Made by a program: the position numbers and the translations under genes. A stretch of DNA of 63,790 bases, filler included, from Choristocarpus tenellus KU-1152 (Eukaryota > Protista > Phaeophyceae), in the NCBI GenBank assembly GCA_964200185.2. It is 11 parts of 11 records of this genome, joined end to end, with 100 filler letters (N's around TTAATTAATTAA, not from the genome) between each part and the next. Parts side by side here need not be neighbours in the genome. Positions count along the whole stretch, not along the records: positions 44,812 to 51,219 come from CAXNAD020008198.1; positions 51,320 to 60,958 come from CAXNAD020003513.1; positions 61,059 to 63,790 come from CAXNAD020025230.1; 8 more parts are not named here. One strand, 5' to 3'. Under the pieces are notes generated by a model, which worked only from the letters and a program-made list of their open reading frames with translations, was not told the DNA's origin and did no database searches. Of the stretch, positions 48,301-62,340 are shown in pieces. Positions within the stretch are counted from its first letter, which is position 1; every line of letters begins with the position of its first letter.

Positions 48301-49855
48301 AGCTTGGTTTCTTCTACCCCTTGGTGTGTACCAATCATGTTTCATATAATCGGAGTCGCTCACCATGAGCTGCTTTTTGGGATTATGCCACCTCTGGTAA
48401 TACCCACATCCATCTAAGCTGATTTGATCCCTTGACTGAATAACTCAAAAACGGTGTTGAGACATGACTGTAGAGGTCGTCTAATGTGAGGTTTTCTCTG
48501 AACTATAGATTAGAGATCATGAAATACCCCTCGAGTATTGACATTCACAGAGAAAGAAAGACACCAACTACAATCCAACACTGATAAAATAGTGATTAAG
48601 TATCCTCGTCACTCAATGGTCTAAGGTCGGTCTCCACATTATTTTCTTAGGTTTGAACCACATCATTCCCAGACACGTTTTTGTTGAAATCTGGTATTGA
48701 TTAGCTGGTTGCATGGAGCAAGCACAACGGATTTGCACACCTGCCGTGTCCTTTCTGTACCCATAACATGAAAAACGCCGGACCGTACAATCCTATCTAT
48801 CACTCTCCCTTGCATCATCCCGCAACAAACACCACGTCATCCTACATGGTATGGAAGATTACCTGACAAATAACCACTCCATACCTGATGCACCAAGATA
48901 AGCTTATGACCATGAAGTTGGTAGAGTTGGCGACACCTTTGAGAGGATCACTTGCCTCCTCAATCGACTCAACTGAGCTTGTTCCTTTGAGCACTGCAAT
49001 TCACCACACAGGTTTGGTAGGGGTGTTGAAATGGGGTGATTCCGTCCATGAACCTTGGTAATGGTACACAAAGTATCACCAGGAAACCACTCACTTGTAA
49101 TATCAACGAAACATTGAACAGAGAGCAAAAATATTCCAATTGAAAATATGGTAAAAACCTGTGTAAAGGTTGTGGGATCTCTGACAATGGAAAGGCGAGA
49201 TGACACCAATAGACATGAATGAGTAATGTAGAATGGATGCAGACAGAATGTGTAGAATTCATTAATAAATCATTATATTATGAATTTTCTTTTTCCAATT
49301 TAAATCTTCCACACATCCACGAAATAACAAGCACCAATTCTACATATCTAGTCCATGATAACTAAGGTGTTGCCCTATGAACAGCAGATTACATTACAAA
49401 AAAAAACATATCGACACTTTTTCCCAGTCAATTTTGGGTCAAGCCCATCCTCAAATTTTGAAACCTGCTGTTTATGGGGAGTAATCTCGGGTAATTTTCT
49501 ATTCTATCATATCCTTCCAAAAAATAAAATTGAAACAGAGATGGCGCTAACCTCTCAAAAACCTTAGTAGAAAGAATTTGGTCCATGTATTGTTTCATAA
49601 TACAGTGGCTGTACCTATGTAAGAGAGGGTACATTGTCTTCTCACAACTTTTCAGGTTATAAGAGAGGTTTCAGCATTTTCCTGCCAATTCTCCCCTTTA
49701 TCAACCAAACTTGCATTTTTTTCCATTACTTGAGGAAAGGGTTTCTCAAAAAGTCATGTCTATAGTAAAGAAAAAAATATGGTACAAAGTTCCTCGAGAC
49801 GAGCAGTACACAGTGTAGTAGTCTTTTGTCTCAGTACTGCACACTACAATACATA

Positions 49856-50452
49856 CAGTATATGACATCGAATTTAGACAACTGCATTGTACAGATATAA
49901 CAATGCCCTGCGCAGCAGAATCCAGCTGCAACATACAGGGTAATACTCCTGGTCCACCACACTGTACACGTCATAAGTGTTGCATTTGTAGTGGCTATCT
50001 TCATGGCATTTGGGGCATCATGGATTTCTATTGGCGCCAGCAAAATAAAACGATTGTGCAAATTGTGTGTGAGCCCCACCAAGCACAAGGCTTTGAGTCC
50101 TCCAGCCGGTGACAACACGGTGTCGAAGTGCCATGGTAACAACAACAAGGGCAAGGGGAAGATGCTGCCAAATATATCTATGGAGAAATATGCATCCTAC
50201 AAGCCTCGCGGTGCCGACAATCGTAAACGCTTGAGTTTTGCAGAGGAGGTGGAAGTGTTGACATTCCTGAAGATCATGACGGGAACTGCATTTGCTCAAA
50301 AAAATGAAATCAGTCACAGCGCCCTCTACAAGTTGAAGGAGGCAACAACCATCATGGAGAAAGTGCAGACGATGGAGCCTGACGCTGAGTCTACGGTGCC
50401 AAACATGTTGAGGTGTGTCAGTGCACAAACTGAAAGTCTGAAAGTAGGTTGA
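49856..50452 (+). mobile_element. pogo/Tigger (CENP-B-like) transposon 5' remnant
   Basis: RKRLSFAEEVEVLTFLKIMTGTAFAQKNEISHSALYKLK resembles the CENP-B N-terminal HTH. Possible TA|CAGTA terminus at 49856. Confidence 0.55.
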
Positions 50453-50591
50453 TTATAATCGTGACTGCATTGTCTTCCTGCATTGTCCGCTGATGAGAAT
50501 CATGATTAAATTTTTTGAATTTTTGCACGTGTTAAAGAAATTGGTGTTCCCTAGACTTGTGTGTGTAAATAACTCGATTATTTCCTCATTA

Positions 50592-51219
50592 TGTCGAACA
50601 GGTTGTACATGAAGTAAGGAAGGTGTAGGAAAGGAGAGTGAGCTTCAAAGCTCAAAAGGGGGTCATCACCTTACGATTCACATATTCTAATAACCCGTCA
50701 TTCAATCCATTGTACTAAAATAACCTGCAGAAAATATTTTCGTTGTCACCTAACAAAGACATACTATCGGGGTATATTATAATAACCCGCGGATAATATT
50801 TTCATTATCCAACAATACTTCAACAACTTAATGTTTCTCCTACAGAATCATATTTTACATAAGAATAAAAAGCATATTCTTAACACACTCCCCTGCTTTG
50901 AACTTCAAGTGAAAAATACCATCTCAAAACATTCTTTGACATATCTTAAACCAAAAATCAATTCCACTTCATTCTACGCATTATAACACTGGAATACCTA
51001 TTGAAAGACTTCTTAGACAAACCCTTGGTAAAAGGATCAGCATGTTGAAACTCCGTTTGCAAATACCCAATTTCTATCTTGCCTTCCCTCTCCAACTGAC
51101 GTACATAGTGATACCTAGTATCAATGTGCTTGGTTCTACCCCCAGATACTACCTTCTTAGCAATCTTGATTGCACCATCATTATCCTCAAACACAGATAC
51201 AGGGTAATCCTTACAAAGT
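50592..51219 (-). mobile_element. Ty1/copia 3' end: RNase H (51219-50958), polypurine tract, 3' LTR (~50885-50592)
   Basis: FEDNDGAI...RTKHIDTRYHYVRQ...QHADPFTKGL is the copia RNase H signature. AGCAGGGGAGTG is followed by a TGTTA LTR start; the far end of the LTR is tentative. Confidence 0.88.
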
Positions 51220-51319
51220 NNNNNNNNNNNNNNNNNNNNNNNNNNNNNNNNNNNNNNNNNNNNTTAATTAATTAANNNNNNNNNNNNNNNNNNNNNNNNN
51301 NNNNNNNNNNNNNNNNNNN

Positions 51320-52043
51320 TAAGCCCAACAACAGCTGTCCTTCGAATCACCTGCTTTCAATTTGACGCACGTCCGTTGGTAGAAACCTCGACTAAATTCA
51401 ATAGTTCAATTTTTGGGTAAAGGGAGAAAGTATCAAAGGAGTAAGGTAGTTACTGTGTTTCTTACACCACGCCTCTTGATTGTACGGGACTTTACCTCGT
51501 GGATGGTGTTGGGTTGTGTGGTGATTCGGCACAACAATAGTCGAAGTTTTACTCTACCTTCACTGCAAACTACAATAGAATATCTTTGATTTGTAGAAAG
51601 TTGGTTTTGGAATTCAAAATTCGGTATGTCTAAATGTCTAACGTCAATCTATTTGTCGAACCCAACCTACAAAGATTTGGATTTGTACCCAATTTCGATA
51701 AATATAACAATTTTATCTGAGAAATATTCCTCTACAATATCGAGTATTTTCCTTCAACTCACGGTGATTGATATTCACATTACATCACCCACACATATAT
51801 TTCCACTACAAGTTCGACTAGTGTTGTGACAAACCAACACCCGCCCCCACCCTGTCTGGATTCATCGTCAAACTCTTTCGAATCAAGAGGCGTGGTGTAA
51901 GAAACACAGTAACTACCTTACTCCTTTGATACCTTTATCCCTTTACCCAAAAATTGAACTATTGAATTTAGTCGAGGTTTCTACCAACGGACGTGCGTCA
52001 AATTGAAAGCAGGTGATTCGAAGGACAGCTGTTGTTGGGCTTA
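51320..52043. repeat. Long inverted repeat: arms 51320-51481 and 51881-52043, spacer ~400 bp
   Basis: The arms are reverse complements with only ~2 differences. The left arm is cut by the contig start. Confidence 0.95.
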
Positions 52044-52102
52044 ACCCTATGAGATGACAAGATAAAAAAAGGGCCGAAAAACAATCCTCAGCTGGATCAA
52101 AC

Positions 52103-55100
52103 ATGCGCAAGGTCCAAGCCGAAACGAAGGCGTTAAATACTTGCGTTAGTGCATCCCTCGTACGAACTCCCAACCACCCTCAGCGACCTCCGTGGTTCAA
52201 GAAGGTGATCGCCTGGTTCCACAAACTGCTTTCTCGCGCGATCCATGTGCTCAGGGAGATCTCGATATTCTTCAAGCACCAGAAGTGTGGGAAGGCGAGA
52301 CAGCTCGTTGGCTATACTTTGTCAGTAGATAGCGACCATGTTGACCTGGAGACAGGGGACTCCGACACGGATGCTGGCAATGGGACCGAGCCATCGAGTC
52401 CAGCCAACAATCCCTCGCCTGATAAAGATCATCTCTGGATTGGGCACACGGATGTATTGGAAACCGCGTCCCTACTGTCTTCAGAGTCATCTACCCTGGC
52501 GTGTCGAGGTAGTCTATTCTGCCGAACTCGAGACTGCCCGGTCGCGCTAGCCTGCGACGCTGACCAAGGAAGAAGGTTCTTCGAGAGCAGTGGTGAGAGT
52601 AGTGGTGGTGTTAAGGCGAGCAGCCCGTCCGATTCTTCTTTGGTCGAGGGGAGTGTGGTGACTGGCGCAAAAGAACAGGAGTGCGTTGGCGTCCTCGGGC
52701 GAATGGGCGACCAATGCTCGCAGTGCCAGGTCGAGCTTGAGGAGGGGCAATGTGTCGTGATGGCTACGACATGCAGCGAGATGTTCAAGGTGGGGTCTTA
52801 CTGCGTCATATTTGTCGCTTAGAGCCCTCTCAGAAGTACAGTGGCCCCTCCATCGCCCCTCCCCACCTACACCGTTACACCTTCCTTGTCGTGCTCTCTA
52901 TTCCCAGTTGCAATGATTTTGTGCTAGATTAACAGTCGGATGAGGCATGTCAGAGGCAGGAGACTTGGTATCTACACCCAGAGTCGCTGGCTCGAGGTAG
53001 TGTCCCCTCTCACCTGTTTTCGATCATGTGTAGTGTCAAATGTTGCAAGGTAGAGCGGAAGTTACGTACCGAAAAGGCCTGTCTTACGAAGTAGGCGCCC
53101 CCTCCCATCCTTTGAGCTATCCTTTTGCCTGGAAGACACAGTGCGGGCGATTCATTTGTTAGTGATGAATCCAAGGTCCCCATGGTGCCATCTAAACGTA
53201 TCACGCGCATCCAACCATATCGACACGCCTATTGGCTACTCAAATTCTATTTCCTGTGTTGCAGATCCACAAGACATGCTTTGAGGATGATGAACTGGCG
53301 TTTGATGACGAAGGTGGAGTCAAGTTTCCCTGTGACTGTGGTCAGTTGCACCTGGTGTCTGTGTGCCTCATGGGACCTTTCCGTCTCCAAGAAGGTATCA
53401 AACCTTTTATTTCCGCTGTTGTACTTGGTGGATGAATGGATTTCCTGGAAAGTGCTTGAGTGTAGTCTGAATGCTTTTGACTTCTTTGCCTTTATATTTT
53501 CTAGCTCTATTTGTGTATCCAGCCCTCAGCATTTTCCCTGGCATTGGACCTTTTCTGGAGCATCATCGATGACTATCCCTCTCATTCTAACCCACAACCT
53601 TGTGTAGTGTGTAGTGTGTACTGTATTGTATGAGAGGTTTCACGCCTTCCTTTTATGTATATGCAAGTAGTACCAGTTGTGCTGCAACCTCACTATGCAG
53701 TATACTCGTCTTCGGTTGTATCCTTTGATTCTATACCAGGCACTAGACCTCTATTGTTCAATCACAACAAAGAACAGAACTTCTTTGCTGCGTCTAATCC
53801 CCCCCCCTCCCATAGCGGTTTGAGTTTTGGTCGCATTCCACCGTGACATAGTTGGAATATTCCTATTTTTTGTTGTTGTGGCTTGTGTAACATAGAGGAT
53901 TTGACCTGTGACATAAAGGATTTGAGCAACACTTGTGAGACCCAATTTGTACATGGTACAAGCTGAGGAGATGTGTGGACGTACCCACCTACACCTCTTT
54001 GTGGATACAACCACCATTGACACATATTTCTCACCTAGCCCTTGGAACATGAGGCCAACTCCCCCCTCCCCCCCCCCCACCCTCTTCTCACACCCTGATC
54101 ACCCTTTTTCTGACCTGTCTGTGCTTAGTTGCCGCAGGCACTGCTTCATCAAACGAGGAGTTCCCAGTGGAGATTGCGAGAGCATCCTTATCCCCTGCTG
54201 AGGTTTGCATGGCTTTCACACAGGTGTGCTGCTGCTTCTGAGAGTACAACTCACCTGCGACTTTGTAGGAGAAAAGCCTTCCTGATTTCGGAGACCTTTG
54301 GACCTTTCGAGCTGGGGGGTGTTGATGTCAGCTGAGGACTATAACATAGAGAAATGACACCAACAAATCGAGCTTGTCACAACCTTGGGTGGACAAATTA
54401 CTTGACTACATACGTTTCACATGCAGATGCACTCAAATGTACTGGACTCTGACTCTCTCTGGGATGTTCATGTGTAGTAAGGGTGCTCTTGGTTGGTGTT
54501 CCTAACATTTTCTCCAACCTACCAACAGGTGGACCCCCTGAAGCTGGCAGTTGTGGACGGGAGGGTGGTTGAGCAGCCTCTATCAAATACCTGCGCACTT
54601 TCACCCTTGGAGCTCATTTCCCGTTTTAGGAAGCAAGATCTGCTCTCCGTGGGAGAGGCGAGCTCCCTGCTTCGCATGGTGGGTACCCTTGAAGGAAAAC
54701 GTTAGTGTTCCTGCCAATACCTGCTATTTGGGGGAGGTAGGGACTAGTATCATGCTTCGTTGACATGGCATGTAAGCCAAAACTGGGGTGATGTTTATTA
54801 GTTACTTGCAGAGCATTGTTGCAGCATGGAACCCTTGTTTCCCACAACCCCCAGTGGCCACAAGCGTTGACATTGACCCTAGTCTTGTCCTGTTTCTCTC
54901 TGCTGCTGTGGTTAACCCTCCTTGGTCTTTAACTGGCTGGGTAGGGGGAGGAGGTACTCAGCGGTGAACCCAACATGCTGGACCTGCATGGGGAAACCAT
55001 CCTGGTTGGGGACCTACATGGGCAGTACTTTGACCTGCTCCAAATATTGGACAAGTGTGGTCAGGTGAGCAACAGAGGAAAGGAAAGGAGAGGAGAGGTT

Positions 55101-58100
55101 TGGAGGGGGGTGGTTTATGTCAATAGAGCAGGCTTTGTGTTGTTGGAGTGTTTTTGTGTAACGTGAATTGTTTGGTTTGGTTCTGTGCCCATCTTCTGTG
55201 ATTGGATATTCCGTCATGTGTTGGTTATATACTTCAAGAGGCATGTGGGACAGCAATGAGTTGTACCCCCACCTTGAAGTGCAGGGTTTGGTGAATTTCT
55301 ACTCTGATAGTTCGCCCTTTCTCAACCGCCCTCCACCCTCCCCATCTCCTCTCTCCCTCCCCCTCAGCATGGCGGTATCGATTGATCCTCTTAAACATTT
55401 AATGTTGCTATTATTTTGATCTCACCCTTGAGGTCCATGGAAGGGCTACACCACTGCCCTAACTTACATCCTCCAGGGCTAGGTTACAAAAACTAAACCT
55501 CTTGCCCTTCCCTCTGCTTCCCTGTATATGAATGATAACATACCACCACAATGGTCCAATCATTTTTCTCTCTTTCTACAATTGAACCACCTGTTTATCT
55601 GTGTTTCACTTCCTTCAAGCAGGTCAAGTATCTTTTCATGGGAGATTATGTAGACCGTGGAGACTTCTCATGTGAGGTATTTTTCCAGCTGTTGGCCATG
55701 AAGCTAGCTCAGCCTCAAGAGGTATACCTCCTTCGCGGTAACCACGAGACGGCCAATCAGACAGCCTCTTGTGGCTTCAAGGCAAGATATGATGAACAGG
55801 AGAATTAGGACGTTGGCGTTTTGGTAGAGGTGAAGGGCTGGTGGTTGGCAAGGGGAACAGAGGATTGGGGGGATAAGGGAGGTAAGGGAATATGGTACCA
55901 ATGGCAGTGGTGGGAGGTGGGGTGCTGGGTTTTCATCAAGTGCGGGGGGGGAGAGGGTTGTTGAAATAAAAATTCATTGTGGGCAATGAGTGGGATGAAC
56001 TCCACAATAGGTTATTGGGGTATAGGCATATATGGTGTTTGGGTTTGGGCAAGAGCATAGATGTTGTGCCTTTTTTGTGCCATGGTGAGTCATTGTGATT
56101 CTGTTCTTTTTACTGGTTGGGGCATCACCTTTGGCCTGCTTCAAGTACTTGCGTAATCTGAGTGTGGCACATGTGCACCATGCACCTTGTACCTAATTTT
56201 GGCAGGCCTACCTTCTTCTGACATACTTAACCTCCGTGATAGATTTATCCTATTCCAGCCTGAGCTGGCTGCGTTGTGTACATGTGTATGTTTATGTTGC
56301 TTGATTGGCTTACCCTCCCCACTTTTGATCTTGGCTGCCACAGGAAGAATGCCTTCGCAAGTATGGAAAGGTTATTTACAAAGAATTTCTGTCCTGCTTC
56401 CGGGCCCTTCCTGTCTGCGCTCTGCTCCACCAGCAAGATAAACAGAAGGGGTATGTACACACGTGTGCTGGATGTATGTTCCGGTGATACAATCATATTT
56501 GTTTTGTTTTTTATTCTTCCCCCCTTGTTTTTTATTCTTTGACCTTCTAGTAGATAGGTGTGTCACACCCTCTGTGCTTACCGCCAAATGTAACTGTCGT
56601 CCTTGTTCTATTGTCCCCAAAAAGGCTGTTCTGCGTCCATGGAGGGCTGTCTCCCCAGCTGCATGCCTTGGAGGATGTGCAGATGTTGGACCGTCGGGTG
56701 GAACCCGAGCATGGAAACCTTCTCATGGACCTGCTGTGGGCCGACCCGAGTGAGGAGTCGGTTCTGGCAGAGAGTGTGGTGAGAGTGTACCTTGTTGTAT
56801 GGGGGGTGGGGGGTGGGGGGTGGAGGGTGGAGGGGAGGTGGCATCAATGTATCAGTGGATGCATAGCTGAGTGCTGAGCACTCATGTTGTTGAGGAGGTT
56901 TGTAGTTTGTAGTGTGGGTCCTTAGGGAGGTGGGGGGGGGATTGTGTACTCTGTAATGAAGGTAATTGTGTGATGTCACGTACGCACTCAACTTGCCTGT
57001 ATGCTTTGTTGTGAACTGGCTCTCCCTATTGCTGTCACCCTCTTGGATGAGGTACCAAGAGCAGTGTGCTTGGTTGAAGAGGGATCACCATTTATGAGAG
57101 GGAGTATAGTACTCGTGTGGGAGTGCTAGGAAATAGTATACACCTTTGTGCATTCAGCACAACTCTAATCACAGATCTTGTGACAACTCTGTTGACTGCT
57201 ATTGTAGGTGGATGATGGTGCAGAGGCTGAAGAAGTAGTGGTCAGTGGGTTCCGGGCTAATCTGGCCCGAGGATGCTCGTTTGTGTATGATTCCAGTGCA
57301 GCTGAGTCCTTCCTGGAAGTCAACAATCTCCGGGGTGTGGTCCGGGCACACTCAGTCCAGGTGCTGAACCTGTTTTTTGTTGTTGTGTGTACTTGGTAGT
57401 GGGTACTGGGTACTGGGTACTGGGTACTGGGTACAGCTTTTCCTTGGGGTAGGGTTGGGATTGGAGGTCTAGATCTGGGTGTGTGGGAAGGTTTGCAGGT
57501 CTGGTAGTTTCAATGCTGCTACCACTTTCCTTCAACATCAACATATTTCTGGCGTTCGCATTGACTTCTGTTACAGTTGAGGTTGGTTATCATTTAGTCC
57601 TCACTTAGCAATAACAGTCAGTTGGCTATATCCCAGCTTGCACAAGGGTAGGAGCCAGGTACCTGTCCTTCCTCTTGGTAGTACACACAGCTAGGCAATG
57701 TGCAGCAGCTACCCCAGAGACTGGTGGTGGACCACACTTGGTAAGAGAGAGAGGGGGGATAGACCTTATTCTCTACACCTGACCTATCAAAATGAATCTC
57801 GGTAGAGTGTAGAAGTTGGGGGAACAGTTTAAAAGTGGGACTGCATGCATGTATCTACACAGATAGATGCCCATCATGCATTTCAGACAAAAACTTTGTG
57901 AGGTTTCACCTTATTTTTTCCTGAACATTTTGGCTCTGGTTTCAATTCTGAATGGTTTGATGCTACCAATTCATGTCCAAACCCATTTCATCATCTTCTT
58001 CTAACTGCTTGGCATGAAGAGAGTTGGAAATATCCAGTCTGTGTCTGCTTCATGCCATATCACATTCTTGAATGACTTGGTTCTTATTGGTTAAGAATTG

Positions 58101-59798
58101 ACAGATAGTAAAGTGCTTGCATCTACCTCTTGCTATGATAGACGCATACACTGACTCTCCCATTCAAATTTCCCCACCCACACTTTCCCCCCATTCAGAC
58201 ACATCAAATTGTACCACCTCTCTTATGTACCAAAAACTCTTACCTACACAAAAAATAATCAACCAGGGGGAGGGCTTCCGTCAGCACTTTGCTGACAACA
58301 CTGAGAGCAGTCCTTCCGTGGACCTTGACAAAGTTACTGGGACCAACACTATGACCATAGAGGGGGGGGAGAAGTGCCACCTTAGTGTGGTTACAACGGT
58401 GTTTTCTGCCCCAGGGTATGAAGACTGCCATAACTTGGGTGCAGTACTCAGGGTGAAGCCGTGTGGCAGTGTGTGTGCCGTTGTCTATGATGCTGCCCCA
58501 CAGCCTGCAGTGGTCAACAGGTACTTAAATTAAAAACAGTGTTTACGAGTGCGGATTGGAGGTGGGATAGTTCAGGTCTTGACAACTTGCTCTATTCCCC
58601 CCCATCCCCTCTCAACATACAGCCAAAACACAAGGGGGATGAGGAGTTGCAACCAATAGTTGTTTGCCTGTGTGGTATCCTCCCAGGTGTAGCTCAGGGG
58701 GAGGTGAAACAGAACATGCAGCAATGATTTGTCTGTCACCTTACATACACGTTTAGGGTACAGAGCATTTTAAGTGTACTTTTTTCATCATTATTTCTGG
58801 AGTAATTTTATAGTTTTTAATATATATATTTTTTTCTTCTAGGAATGTAAGTATCCCATAAATCTCGATCAGAAATTGTTTTTGATAGTTCTCTATGAAG
58901 CGGAGTATGATATTCCACATCTACTTAATCTGTACAGGTTGAAAGGAGAGATGGTAATAGTGTGTAGGAAGGGCAATGAGTACACAGACTCAAGTTGTTT
59001 GACGTTATCTGGGATATGGTTGTCTGTGCTCTTCTTCTTGGAGATGTTTGATAACGCCTTTTGATACGTCAACTCTTCTGTGTCTTTGTCATCAATTTTT
59101 GTGCTTCTTTCTATTTGGTTTGATAGGAAGCATGCTTGTATGGGATTGGGTGTTATGAGCATCGGGGGGTAAGGGATAGCACTCATCATTGTGTTGATTT
59201 AGTGTATCGCATCTCTCAGTCAGGAGATACACCCTTGCCTCAGCTGAAAAGGGGGAGATGGTACAGTGATGTACATTTTCTTCTTTTGAAAGAACATTCC
59301 CTTCCATTTCCGTTGCATGCTACCACACATCACCCTCTCCGATTTTGGGGTGCCTACATCACAACCTTCACCTCCCGTTCCTCTGGTCTGCTGCATGCAT
59401 CCCTGGAGCGCAGCACCATGGAGGCGGTGCGCAAGGCCTGTCCGTACATGCCCACATACATGGTGGAATGGGCAGACTTGGTGCGTGGAGATGGTGCTTC
59501 CAACCCATGCCTTTGGGTCCCTGGTGGGGATGGTGATGAGACCTTGATGTGCTCACCACCAGTCTTCTCTGAGGAGGAGGGGGTTGCTCTTAGGAAATTG
59601 TGGGAGGTGAGGCTGTTCTTTGTGATGCTGGCAATGAAGTGTGACGGGGATTGGGGTGCGCAGGGTAGAAGGGAACAGAGGACCATGTGGGGTAAGAGTA
59701 CAGCGGTCAATGTTGTGGTGCAGGCGGTATCACAAGATACTTTACTTATCCATCAGGTCTATCCTGAGGAATTGTTTGTGAGCATCTTGAACACGTCT

Positions 59799-59830
<32 letters not shown>

Positions 59831-60468
59831 GAAGGACTCAAAAGCCCTGAGATACAGTTAACGATCCAAGCTGAGCCAACCTGCCCGCCTATGCATCCAT
59901 ACCCTCACCTCGTATCCCTTGGTCCCTACACCTATACCCCTACAAACACCCCGTATATAGGCTATGTCCAACGGAGATGATGTGATCACAGATGTGTCAC
60001 TCTTTTTGTTTGATGATGCTACTGGGGGGGGAATATCCCACTGGAACGAGATTGGGGCGGCTCTAAGGATACTGTCAGGGGATGAGACTGGTGAGTACAC
60101 AAGTTGCTTCCTCTGTGTAGTGCTGACCAACCATTGCCGGTGTGAGGGTTCATACTTTATTGCTCTGTACTCTTTGAACCTACCACGTGGAATGTGTTTC
60201 AATTCCAGGAGGAACATTGTGGCCAAGTGAAGTCCTTCCCTCCTTCCCCATCGTACTTCTTGTCCAATCATCATATTCCAGGAAGCCCGGGAGCAGCAAC
60301 CACTACCAACTTCTTGCTCCTTGCTCAGGCGTTGAAGTCTGGTGAGGTAAAGGCTCCTCACGTGCCATAGGAGGGAGGTATTGAGCTGAGGTGTGCTTAA
60401 TGATGCCATCAACTCGCTCTACATGTGGTCACCAAAGTCTCTGCTCCTGATTGCCCTGTCCAGAATAG
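52103..60468 (+). CDS. Calcineurin-A-like (PP2B, PPP family) Ser/Thr phosphatase with N-terminal RING-like Cys/His region and C-terminal EF-hand-like region; exons 52103-52789, 53265-53394, 54138-54202, 54529-54678, 54945-55064, 55623-55781, 56344-56450, 56625-56778, 57208-57360, 58267-58520, 59414-59606, 59961-60090, tentative 60282-60341 and 60464-60468
   Basis: Intact PPP motifs GDLHG, GDYVDRG, LRGNHE, HGGLSP, DLLWADP, RAH and FSAP. Calcineurin-type features include [19 protein letters not shown] and FLEVNNL. All listed exons are phase-compatible. Confidence 0.88.
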
Positions 60469-61058
60469 AGCAAACAGTAGAGCAGTGAGACTCTGGGGGT
60501 GGGTCCGTTTTAGATTTCATGGGTAGAGGGTGTGATCGATTGTATCATTGTAAGGCCATGCCCACCTGATGTGCCTTCCCTGCCTGGCTGCTGTGATTGT
60601 ACTCCCTTGGTGTTGTTAGTGAAGCTATGCTCTCTGTTTGTTGCATCTTAGACTTTGCAACTACAACAATGGCTCGATCTGTATAAAAGTGTATCATTTA
60701 TTCCCCCAATAGGGTGTGAAGGTTTTTGATTGATGTAGACTTTCTTACTGATCGGTGGTCGTCTTAAACGCCCCCACGGTTTGTGTCTTAGTACTTTAAC
60801 GTTTGTGTTAGTGCGTGTCCTTTTTGGTCTCTTGAGACTCGAGGATTTGTTAGTGTTCATGTTGATCAAATGCAAATTTAATTATGTTGATGGTGGGGTC
60901 GTTGGTGATTACCCCCCCCCCCCTTAGTCCCTGTCTTTGTCTATGCTATGTAGAGCTCNNNNNNNNNNNNNNNNNNNNNNNNNNNNNNNNNNNNNNNNNN
61001 NNTTAATTAATTAANNNNNNNNNNNNNNNNNNNNNNNNNNNNNNNNNNNNNNNNNNNN

Positions 61059-61249
61059 TTCACCCATGTTTCTATGGATGATTTGCTAAGACTGACTCGA
61101 GAAACGTTGATTTCTCTTTTGTTTGGGAAATTTCAACAGAATTCAGAAAAATTCCTCAAACGTGTTTGTACAACCCCCCCCCCGAAATTTGAAGATATTT
61201 GTTAGCATTGTTACAATGCAACCCTGGGTTTTCTAGTTCACTTTGACTC
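61059..61249. mobile_element. MITE family B, partial copy at contig start
   Basis: Body homology; ends GTTCACTTTGACTC. Confidence 0.78.
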
Positions 61250-62340
61250 TGCATGGCTCCGCCATGTTAGGGACTATTGAGATCATTTTTTAATTTTGAA
61301 TAGATATGTACTCGGAGTGCTTCATCAGAGTACGCACTATATTTTGTGTGATAGGAATAGATTACAGATATATCACTCAGGAAGAACATGTACAGAGACC
61401 ATCAAGAAATTTTTTTTTTTTCACACAGTGAAGTAACTTGAGAGAGTCAAGGGGGCCCCCACCTATCTTCCCCTTGTGAGAGCAACAGCAAGGCAAGGTG
61501 ACCCCACACAAGGGGATCATTGCAGTTCAGACGACAGGCGTGATGGAGTGCATCCTCCGCCTCATCCCAGCACTCCAGTCGAAGGCATGCCACACCACAC
61601 CACAACCATGGCCCAGGTGCCCTCCAAACTCTGCATGCTCGGAGGAAAGTGGTCTGGATAAACAGAACAATAATGGACAGTGGAGGAGATAGAGGTGGAT
61701 GAGGTTATGCAAAAAAGGTATTGCTTTCATCAGGGCAGGAGGGAAGCACAGTGTGGGTCTAGGAAACACAAGGTGGCGTTGGCTATTTGAAACCATACTG
61801 TTAATACCTAGTGCTGATGGTACTGTACAACAAGAAAATGTAGACTTGTGTGTAGCACGGCTTGAAAGAGTCATGCCAAGATTCAAAATATATTTAGTCA
61901 TGGGATTCAGGGGTATGGGTGCATAGGGGGCATGGTAAGAAAAGGAAACCATACACCAATAGAAACAGTCCCCTCTGTGTCACACATCATGTAGGATGTA
62001 TTTCCTCTGCAGCATTCCCTACCCTCACAATGTTAATATTATGATGTTTCCTAGAACCGAAGAGGTGCGTATACAACAATAACTGGTATCACCCCCCTCC
62101 CCCCCATCTCCCCCACATTGGAACGGTTTACCCAGAATTATTTTCATTTTCTGTTAGCGCATTCTTATGTAAACACCCAAGTGTACATCCAGTGTCAGCA
62201 CCAACCAACCTCAATGTTCCTACTCTTGAGTAGCTTGCCACACCACCATCAAGCGGCACCACACTTGAAGAGACTGGGAACATATATAAATAGCGATAGG
62301 ATATGTTTACACTTGCAACGTTCCTACCTCCTTGATATTT

